A stretch of DNA of 34,099 nucleotides from Neoconidiobolus thromboides FSU 785 (taxonomy: Eukaryota; Fungi; Entomophthoromycota): positions 1 through 34,099 of the forward strand of contig MU626463.1 of the NCBI GenBank assembly GCA_025603075.1, read 5' to 3'. The first letter of the stretch is position 1; every line of letters starts with the position of its first letter. This document shows positions 1 to 9,610 of the stretch, one piece after another. The notes beneath the pieces are model-generated. The model ran no database searches and was not told the DNA's origin. It worked only from the letters and a program-made list of their open reading frames with translations. The translations under genes were made by a program, and so were the position numbers.

Positions 1-1140
1 TTTATTAAGAAAATTTTATTATTGACTGCTTTATAACTAACATTGCAAATTTACCATCAAATAAATAAATAACTTTAATGTTATAATTATAGTATTAATA
101 TATTACTAAGTTAATATATAGTTGAATGGGAGGGAGTAACTAGCCCCAAAACTGTAAGTAATCATCATTATGTAATATAAACAATATAACAATGGTTTTT
201 ATTTATCACTTTAATTAGTAATAACTTAAGTAATATCAACATTTAGTAATTTATTTTTATTATTTAGTAAAATACTTATTCACTTAACAAATATTAAAAA
301 TACTTTTAATATCTTATATTTTTGATTTTTATATCTTGAAAAAATTATATTTATTTTATTACTATTAGTAATTAAATTGTTAATTTTATTCATTTGTAAA
401 TAAAAATCTCAAATTTTAAAATTAACCGATTAATATTTCCTATTTTAATACTTTAAAACTATTTTTCCACTGTAAAATGTTTTCAAAATGCCTATTAATT
501 ACACTTTTGTTATAAAATGACTAAAATAAGTATTAAGTTAAAAAATATTTAACTTTGAGGTTTCTAAATTTAAAGTAAAAACAACTTGATTAATAATTAA
601 TCAAGTAAATTCAAAAGTAAAGTTTGTTTTATTTAAGTTATAATAAAAAATCTAATTTTATAATAAGTTTCTTTTAATTGTGAAACATCGCTCTGTCAGC
701 CCCATGGTTGATTATACCACAATAGCCATTTAAGTTGTCGTGTTCTCAGGTTCGGAGACAATCAATCCCACGTTCTTAGTTTGATTTTGTATGGGAATTT
801 CTAGCTTCATCCCGAAGAATATTGTTTTCTCATTTTGATATTTGTACTTGTCAGAGCATAAAAAAGATCTTGGAGTATAGTAGCTTGAGGCTTTTTAACT
901 GAATTATTCCTTGATATCTCATACATTTAATAAAGCCATTAGATTTTCTTAATAGTATTTTACGTAGGTTTTACATTACTATTGTCTATTCTATTTGTCT
1001 TACATAGTCCATAGCCTACTATATGTTATTCTTCATAATTCAAGTCTACCTTAATCACACAAACTAGAACCTTTCAACTTACAGCTAATCAACTAGGCAA
1101 TAAGTGTTTTTGACTTCAATCATTAAGTACCAGATTTCAC
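1..1140. repeat. Dispersed repeat, copy 1 (5' end cut by the window edge); partner at ~23255-24290
   Basis: 1-~330 aligns loosely (~70% by eye) to ~23255-23600. 698-1080 aligns without gaps to 23741-24226 apart from a MITE inserted in copy 2, with 30 substitutions in 380 bp. Similarity continues to ~1140/24290. Confidence 0.9.
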
Positions 1141-1504
1141 ATAATACAAATAAATTAGCTTTTTATTAATTTCATAATTTTTATTAAATTTAATAATTTG
1201 CTTTTTCTTAATTATTTTATAACATTAATTTTTCTTTTAAGTTTAAATTTATTTCAAAAAATTCTTTATTGAAAAATAAACATTTATGTTTTATTAAAAA
1301 TATTATTTTGGCTTTATAATAATAATTTTTCAAAATAATTTCAATTTAGCATCACCCTCAGCAATTATTTACATTTAAGCTTAGAACTATAATTTTGTTT
1401 TAACTTTAGTCCACATAAATTAATTAAAATAGTAAACCAAAAAATGACTTTTTACTTTAAATATTAAAAAAATCTAAATTAATTTGTAAAAATAATAATA
1501 ACAT

Positions 1505-1603
1505 GGGGATGTTTTTTTTGGCTTCATTATTTTTTCCATTTTTTAGGCACTATTTGAGTGGAAAATTTGTTAGTAAAATTCTTAAATACAAAAATACATC
1601 CCC
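1505..1603 (+). mobile_element. MITE family 1, copy A (99 bp)
   Basis: Terminal inverted repeats GGGGATGTTTTTTTTG ... CAAAAATACATCCCC, flanked by ACAT on both sides (1501-1504, 1604-1607). Six further copies in the window. Confidence 0.9.
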
Positions 1604-2127
1604 ACATGCTTTAATTAGACCATCCATTAGATATAATTTAGTTACCTTTTATACTTCAATAAACTTTTCAATAGGCTATCTGTGCTATATATGCTTCTTT
1701 AGCAAAAGATAACTTTTGATCACTAACTTTATCAAAAGAAATCTAATTTATTTGAAGTTATTTTAATATTCTACTAATATTTTTACTTTATGTGGCATGA
1801 AAAATAAACAAATAAATGGCTCAGTAAAATTATTATATTTATTAAAATAGTATAAATGTAAGTATAAAAGCTTTTATAAGAGCTGAATTTCAAAGTGATA
1901 CTCATTTTACGATACCTATTTATACATGAATTAATTTTAATATTTTAAAATATTTAGTTATATTATTATTTTTAATCATTTTTAAGCTATTTTTAAAGAA
2001 TACGTAAAATTGTTCCTGATTTAAAATAATTGAGAAATAATAACTTAATTTTAAATTCTAAGGGTCAACTTTTGATTTAAAGACAATAAATTGCTAATAA
2101 ATTTGAACAGACTTCTTCTTTATCACT

Positions 2128-4952
2128 ATGGAATACCAAAACAATTTTTGGCCCTTAAACAATAATTTTAGTTTAATCGTTAAACGTTTAGATCAACGTA
2201 TTTCACAAAGTTATAATGAAAATTCACAAATCTTACAATTCTTACAAAATCGAAAAGCAATTGAAGATTTATATTCCGTTAGTTTAGTGGATCTCGCTGG
2301 TATAAAAAAATCCGCTCATCCAAATTCTTCCCTCGTTATCGATAATGAAGAAGGTGCTAGCTTACCACTTGCATTTGATGCGTTAAAAGAGAGTTATATT
2401 AAAAAAGGACAACAACACTATGAGCTTTCAAGTAATTTACAGAATTTAGTCATCAATCCATTAGAACGCGTATTTTTAGAATATAAACAAGCGGTTATAA
2501 GTTACAAAAAACCAATACTGGAGAAAATTAATGAATTAGAAGAGTGCTTAAATCGAGTATCTTTGGCCAAAAAACAATATTTTGAAAAATGTAGTATAGC
2601 TGATGAATTAGAAGAACAAGCTATATTAAAAGCCAATTTAGAAGAAGAAGAAAATAAAGAAATTCCTAAAAAAGGACAAGTTTATTTATTGGGAGCATTG
2701 ACGTTAAATGAAAAAGAAATGCAAAATTTCTTAATTAAAATACAAACCGAAGTCAATATTAGCTTAGAAAGTAAATCAAAGTTCTTAGGCTTTTTTCGTG
2801 GATTAATTACAGGTGATGATATTACTAAATGGTTATTAATGGAGTTTAAGAATGTGTTATTAACTCCTAATGATGCTGTAAATGTTGGCCAAGCTTTAAT
2901 TGATTTGGGGTATTTAAGATTAATTGGGCCAGGGAATAAGTTTCATGCTAGCAATACAACATTCTATCAATGGAAAAAGAAAGCTACTGAAGTCGAAGAT
3001 TTATTAAATGACCAAAATTTACATAATGATGCTAGAGTAATTGCTACTGAGGCTGATATCTTTTATAAGGAATTATGTTTTAAAACTGATAAATTAAGAC
3101 TTCAAGTAGAACAATTAATGGTACTTTTTCTATTTTATTTCTTATAAGTTATGTTTAATACTGTACTTTTATAGTATAAATTTTTAAATTTATTAGAAAA
3201 AAATGAAGAATCAAGAATTGAATCGATTAAAGCAGGTAAACTTATAATCCATCCTTTCATAGCAATAATATTAAATTAAGCTTCTATTTTTAGCTTTTGT
3301 TAGTTTAGCCAGTATTGAAACAAACAATGAAAATAATTTTAGTTCAATAGCAAATGAATTATTTTTACATCTAGAAACATTAAAGCCTAAACAAGATATT
3401 TTGTTAGTAGTAGAATCTTATCGTACCGGTCCTTTTCAACCATGTCCTATTTTATATGTTAATTATTATTATGGGGAAGGAATTGGTAAATTTATTTTAT
3501 TATTAGTTTCTATTACAAAAATATTTATAAAACAATTTTTTAGATCAAAATTTCGGTGTTAATTTAGATATTCAAGCAAAAGTTAGTAGATCTACTATAC
3601 CAGCTACATTTTCATTGTTAATGGATGCTATTATAGAAGGTAAATGATATTCTATTGTAATTATAATCATTATTGATTTAACAATACCTATTTTTTGTAG
3701 AGTTCAAAACTAAAGATAATGAAGGTAAAATATTATATGATTTAATATACTATTTAGTGTAATTTATACTTTTATTTAGAATGTTTAAAATTTTGGTGTT
3801 CAAATGTACCATTAAAACAAATTCATAAATTAAGAAATAAATTAAATAAAGGTAAATAATAGATAATAATAAAATAAATATATTGATAATAAATAACATT
3901 AATAATATAGGAAAAATAAGTCCATCAAGTTTACCTAAATTAAATATTGAACTGTTAATATCCACTTTAAAGTTGTATTTATTAGAATTAGCTGATTCTT
4001 TAATATCAATGAATTATTATGATAAGTTAAAACAGATTTATTTAATTAGTAAGTTATAGTATTATTATTATAATATAAATTATCGTTATTATTATATAAC
4101 TTATTAATTATTCATTAGATGATAATGACTTAAGATTAAATGAATTAAGTATAATAATTAATGAATTGTCAATACCAAATTATTTAATATTAAAAAGTCT
4201 AATCAATCAATTAAAAAAGTAAATTAAATCATATATAGTAATAACATTGTACTAACATGATATTTTTATCACTTTATAGTATAATTAACGAATCTTTTAT
4301 CAATAACATTAAATACCAAAGTTTATTTCAAAGTATAATACCTTGTATATTACGACCACCACCAGCTTTAAGAATGCAATATTATTATCAACGATATCCC
4401 TTAAAATTAATCAAAGATTTGATATTAAATTTTAATTTAATATTTGAAAAACAAATGAATCCCAAGTTATTATTACCTTATTTAGAACCCCAAAATTTAC
4501 CTGAACAAGAATTAATTGATTTTACACAAGATAGGATGATAATGAGTGAGGAAGTTCAAAGTGGGGAAATGATCGAATTGAATAATATTAGATTTGATAA
4601 TGAAGAGGAGAATGAAGAGGAATTTGTCATGCATCATCCTATTAAAGCAAATAATGAAAATGATAAAGAAGAAGAAAAGAATAATAACAATAACTCAGAG
4701 GTAAAAAAAGAAAAAAGTGAGGATAAAAAAGAAATTCAAGAAGAAAAGACTATGAATAAAATAAAAGAAGAAAGTAATAAGAGTAATAATAAAGATAAAA
4801 AGGAGGAAGAGAAATTAAATATAAATAATATGGAATTAAAAGAAGAAGATTATTTGGATTTAGATTTAGTAGATTTTGATAATACTAATAATAATTCTAA
4901 TGACGATACTGGTATTATTGATTTAAATGATCCTTTTATTGATATTGAATAA
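2128..4952 (+). CDS. RGD2: Rho GTPase-activating protein with F-BAR/FCH, DEP and RhoGAP domains (Rgd2/Rga8-like), multi-exon
   Basis: Exon 1 (2128-3120) has an FCH start (NNFW...NRKAIEDLY) and a DEP domain (GDDITKWL...GQALIDLGYLRLIG). Later GT-AG exons read ETLKPKQDILLVVESYRTGPFQPCPILYVNYY, DQNFGVNLD, FWCSNVPLKQIHKLRNKLN and LKLYLLELADSLI (RhoGAP). The last exon ends at TAA 4950-4952. Confidence 0.85.
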
Positions 4953-5058
4953 TTATTAACTTAATTAAATAAAATAAATATTATTATTACTATATTATTA
5001 TGTTATTACTATTATTATATCATATTGTACATCAATAAAATTAATTTATTATAAAAAC

Positions 5059-6062
5059 TTAATTCTCAAAAGTAGCTAAAAACTCATTGTATCTTTCTTT
5101 AGCTTCTTTTTCAAATATACTGGATGTAAAATCCGATAATTCACCTACTTGTTTAGCTAATATGTTTTTTAATGAATAATAGTTATTATTTAACTTATAA
5201 AAATAACGATAAAATAAAAACCTACCTGGAGAACCGGAAATAATTGAAAAGGAAGAAATAACGGCATCAGGTGGTATAACTGTATCATCTAATATTTTAA
5301 CGCAATTTTTTATAATACTATTTCTACCCTAAACAAATCAAATTAAAATTAATACGAAAAATAATCAAGCAAATAATCTTTGGTATAATATTTGATGGAA
5401 TTAAAAGGAAGGATAGTACTTACAATAACACAATTTTTACCAATATTAACATTGTTGCCAATTGAAATAGCATTAACTATGCTATTTTCACCAATATAAA
5501 CAAAATCTCCTATTTTTATTGGGGAATAGATAAACTCCCTAAATAAAGATACAATAAATCCTCAGTCCATTTAAGCTCGCTCTGTTCACTCCATCTCTTA
5601 AAAAATTGTTTGGATTTTATATTTAAATTATTCTTATGAATCTTTCTAATTAATCTAAAAATTAATTTGATTTGAGTTACCTTTTATAAAACTTAAATGG
5701 TGGACGTATAGTTACATTTTTTTCAAAAAAAGTAGATCTTCCTAAGAATAAAGTAGTTAAACTACCTCGACATAAGATATCGGCCCGGATAGTTACCCCT
5801 TCTAAAAAAATATTCTATTGATTGATTAGCTATTAATTGAAAATATTTCATTTCATTTTATTTTATTTTATCAAAAGAAAATGGAACTTACTTTTCCTGT
5901 TGAATTAATAGTATTCGGACTTAATACATACGATCTTTTATGTAAAAACACACCCGTTTCCTAAATAAAATCGAATTCTGAATTTCAATTTAGATAGTCG
6001 ATATTATTATTAATTACAGTTATCCTATAGTCTTCTTTTTTTCGGGAAATCTTATTACTCAT
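5059..6062 (-). CDS. DCTN5: Dynactin subunit 5 (p25), six exons; missed by the ORF track
   Basis: Spliced translation [155 protein letters not shown]... matches the p25 left-handed beta-helix pattern. Canonical GT-AG introns; TAA at 5061-5059. Confidence 0.9.
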
Positions 6063-6246
6063 TTTTTATATTAAATTCAATTTCTAAAAAAACGTAATTT
6101 TGATTTTTGAAATTTTAGATTTATTTTCATTCTTTTTGATGTCATATACTTTATTTTTTTTAGAATTTTAAATTCAAATTTCAAATTTCAAATTTTAACT
6201 TTTCATTTGATTTATTTTTAATAAAAATAGAAAACTCCAATAAACA
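6063..6246. promoter_or_regulatory. Putative compact bidirectional promoter (DCTN5/COA5)
   Basis: Only 184 bp separate the divergent ATGs. Contains T-tracts and a short (CAAATTT)n-like tandem at ~6171-6196. Confidence 0.55.
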
Positions 6247-6537
6247 ATGCCCACCTGTGAAGATATCCGTGAAGAATTAATTGAATGTATGCAAAAGAGT
6301 GAATGCATGGATAAATTTGGTTATCCAATTCAAAAATGTTTTGAAAAAGAAAACGCTCATCTGATTGATGAAGAATGTTTAGCTATTCGTAAAGCTTATA
6401 CCGAATGTAAAAGGTCTTTGGTAAGTTTGATCATTTATTATTAAGTAGATTTTAGAAATTAAAGAATTAATACTTTTTATGATATTTAGTTAAATATGAG
6501 ATATCGTTTCCGAGGTCCAAAAACTAGTCATACTTAA
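6247..6537 (+). CDS. COA5: Cytochrome c oxidase assembly factor COA5/Pet191 (twin CX9C-type), two exons, 73 aa
   Basis: Exon 1 6247-6420 (MPTCEDIREELIECMQKSEC...CLAIRKAYTECKRSL), intron GTAAGT 6421 to TAG 6489, exon 2 6490-6537 (LNMRYRFRGPKTSHT*). This gives the Pet191 C-terminal CKR-x-(V/L)DMR-x-RFRG motif. Confidence 0.88.
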
Positions 6538-6754
6538 ATTATTTGAAATTAAAAATAGATCCGATTTATTAAATCCTCCTATGAAATTTTTGATTTTTAA
6601 ACTACAAAAGCTATTAGCTTCTGGGAGTAAGCTTGCAATAATGATATTAATATGATTGTTTTTATGATATAGCATAGTAACTTGTTTCTTTATAAAAATT
6701 ATTTTTTTATTTTTATTCTTATTTTTATTTAGTATTTATACAAAAAAAACACAA

Positions 6755-7800
6755 AAAACTATAATTCAGCAGCAGGATTGGCCAATTTCAAGAGCAGACA
6801 TGCTTAAAGCCCAAGCTAAGCATTCAAAAATAATACTAATTATAAAAACAACGACAAGATGGATTTACAAACAATCTAGATTAGATGGACAGCCAATCGT
6901 AAGTTTATTGATTTAACAGATAGGGTTATTTATATTTATAAATAGTAAATTACTAGACCAGGCCCAAAGGCAAACTTTTATTTTAAAGACATAAAACTAC
7001 CTTTGGAGAAAAGCAAGCTTCATTTTAAAATAATAAAATTACTTCTGAAGCCCAGTATATAAGGAATTATTTCATATTTTAGTCCTAAGTTGTACAGGGC
7101 TAATTAAAGGTTTACACAAGGAGGTACTTCTCATTAATATCATTAACAATAAAAGAAGCCTCCCTTTACAGTTTATCCTATTTGATACCAAGTGCCTCTA
7201 ATCTGACTGCAACTCTTTCAATAACAATTTATAACTGTATTTTATGTGGTACAATAGGGAACATAATACATACTTAAACCCCAGAAACGATTTACTCCTA
7301 TGGAAACAGGGAGGAATAACTTCAGTAATTAAGGACAAAAAAGTTGATAGTAATCAAGCAGTCATAATGTTAACAAAAAAGCTAGTATTTGGCTTAAAAT
7401 TGTATATATAACTTATATTTTAAAAAAGAAGTTTAAAAACGCCCACTTCCACCACATTCTTGCTTTAAATTGAACCTTATCATTCATACCATAATCAATA
7501 TAAGCTATAAAATTCGATATAATTATTACAAGCTAAGTGATTAATAATAAGACTGGAGTCTATCTTTATATCCTTTTTGCAGATTTATATTGTATGAATT
7601 ATGGATTTGAAAACCTAAGCTAAAGTACGGATAGGTAACATAATGTATTCATCAGACAATCATCAGTCCAGCGTTCTCATGTTAACCGCCATAACACTCT
7701 CCTGAATTCATAAAATTATGGCTAGCTTTGCCCTTACAGAATACAATAGCTTAAATTTTTCAAACACATTTTATCAATTAAACTGAGTAGTTAAAATTAG
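6755..7800 (+). mobile_element. Probable decayed Ty3/Gypsy integrase relic
   Basis: Stop-riddled frames read QRQTFILKT*NYLWRKASFILK**NYF*SPVYKEL...SC (resembles the H2C2 zinc-finger region YF/YW-P; TGA at 7046 where TGG is expected), ...NKTGVYLYILF (TGxSPFxLLFG-like, ~7552) and CPYRI (GPY/F-like, 7729-7743) in the expected order. Weak and recognised by eye only. Confidence 0.4.
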
Positions 7801-8848
7801 ATTAAAATCTAATGATAGTTTAATTTACATTATATAATACAATTAAACAAAGAAACCACATCTCAATTCCTTTCTAAATCTTCTCAACTAGCTCAAGTCC
7901 ATCTATCCAACCGGAAAATAACAATCAACTCTTATTGCTTCCACAAAGTTGCCTATGCACCAGACAAATTTACCAGAGTAAGGAGATTGAAAGTCAGGAA
8001 TTAAGTCGATACTAAAAACTAAATAATATCGTTATCATCTTATGCCTTAGCGCACTTACAGAATTGATTTCCTTTAACCAAAAGTTAGGGTTTATTGAAG
8101 GATTTGAGATCTTGTAATATGTGATATTTCGTATAAATTGTTAAATGATTAAACAATAAAGTTGATTTCTTAGAGTTGAAAAAATTGAATTTGGGTTCAT
8201 TTTAGTTTTTTTTTGATCACCATAGTAATTGATTCTTAGTTTGCAAAAAATCTTTTGCAGATATTTAGGCGATTTAATTTATCAATATCTGTTTAGCAAT
8301 CAATTGAGCTATAATTTGCAGCCATTTTTATGATAATACAAAAGGGTAGTCTAATAAGTTAGCTATTTAAAGATAAGCTAGATCCAATTTATTAGTGACC
8401 CAGTTGATTGTTATCTCAATATGATAGCAATTATTTTAAGCATTTAAATACGCTAACAAAGTTTAGTTTTGATAATTATATAGAATAATGAAATTCCCTT
8501 TATGCCAATTTTTTTGATCGCTTGTTATTGAACATAAAATGTGAAAATATCCTTTATAAATGATATTATAGTAAAAAGCAATTGTATTTACTTTATAATA
8601 TTAAATTGAATGATACTAGTATTTAAAGTTTCAATAATTTTTTATTATTCTACTTATACCTTTTATTTATTTGATTATATTACACTAAGTTTCTAAAATT
8701 AAGGAAATTGAGATAATAAAAAGTTAAACACTGATTAAATTTTTTATGAGTTAAATTTCTAAATTTTCAAAACTGGAAATCCACTTCCAATTTTTAGTAA
8801 ACTAAAAAAGCTTCATTTTCATTTTCAATAAATAAAAAGTAAAATACC

Positions 8849-9466
8849 ATGCCTTCACTTCAAGTATTAGTCTTAATTTCTGGTAGTGGAAGTAACTTAC
8901 AAGCGTTAATTGATAAAATCATTATCAATCAAGAACTTCCTTCCACTTCAATCTGTGGTGTGATTTCTAATCGTAGTAATGCCTATGGTTTACAAAGAGC
9001 AAACAGTCATAATATTCCAACTTCAGTATTAACTTTAAAATCGTATAAAGATCAAAATCTTACCAGAGTAGATTATGACTTAGCTTTAGCTGACTTGGTC
9101 CTTTCTTATAAACCAAATATTATTGTGTTAGCTGGCTTTATGCACATTTTGTCTGCTGAGTTTCTAACTAAATTACCATCCAGCTTACCTATTATTAACC
9201 TTCATCCTGCTTTACCAGGACAGTTTGATGGAGCTAAAGCAATCGAAAGAGCTTATAAAGCTTTTCAAAATGGAGAGATTGAGTATACTGGTGTTATGGT
9301 TCATCGAGTTATTAAAGAAGTGGATCAAGGGGAACCTATTGTCATGGAAAAAGTGAAGATTTTACCAGAGGATACATTGAGTGATTTAGAAACTAGAATT
9401 CATTTAGTGGAACATGAATTATTGTTTAAAGGATTATGTAAAGTAGTAGAGGAATTAAAACAATAA
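8849..9466 (+). CDS. ADE8: Phosphoribosylglycinamide formyltransferase (GAR transformylase, PurN-type), intronless
   Basis: Diagnostic motifs VLISGSGSNLQAL, LAGFMHILS, INLHPALP and TGVMVHRV..EVDQGEPI. Confidence 0.96.
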   Translation: MPSLQVLVLISGSGSNLQALIDKIIINQELPSTSICGVISNRSNAYGLQRANSHNIPTSVLTLKSYKDQNLTRVDYDLALADLVLSYKPNIIVLAGFMHILSAEFLTKLPSSLPIINLHPALPGQFDGAKAIERAYKAFQNGEIEYTGVMVHRVIKEVDQGEPIVMEKVKILPEDTLSDLETRIHLVEHELLFKGLCKVVEELKQ

Positions 9467-9610
9467 ACAACACTTTGTCATTAATATCATTAAAATTAAA
9501 TAAAAATAGAAAATTCAATCAAGATAGTAATATATTAAAAGAATTCAAAAAAATCAAATATGTTTCCTTTTTTTATTGCATTTTATATTTTATATTTTTT
9601 TATACAAAAT

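Noticed and set aside
1503-1712. 69-aa ORF
   Set aside because: It starts in the TSD and TIR of MITE copy A and reads through it; a chance ORF.
3750-3965. Minus-strand 71-aa ORF
   Set aside because: Antisense shadow of RhoGAP exons and introns.
5539-5680. 142-nt DCTN5 intron with a purine/GC-richer patch and a CTGA (box D-like) motif; possible intronic snoRNA
   Set aside because: No recognisable box C or terminal stem, no rRNA complement I can identify, and GGA has several introns of similar length.
6490-6675. Minus-strand 61-aa ORF
   Set aside because: Overlaps COA5 exon 2 on the opposite strand; no family features.
7649-7666. Two CTGATGA motifs on the minus strand (hammerhead core or C/D box-like)
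   Set aside because: No flanking helices or GAAA partner could be built, and it lies inside the putative integrase relic.
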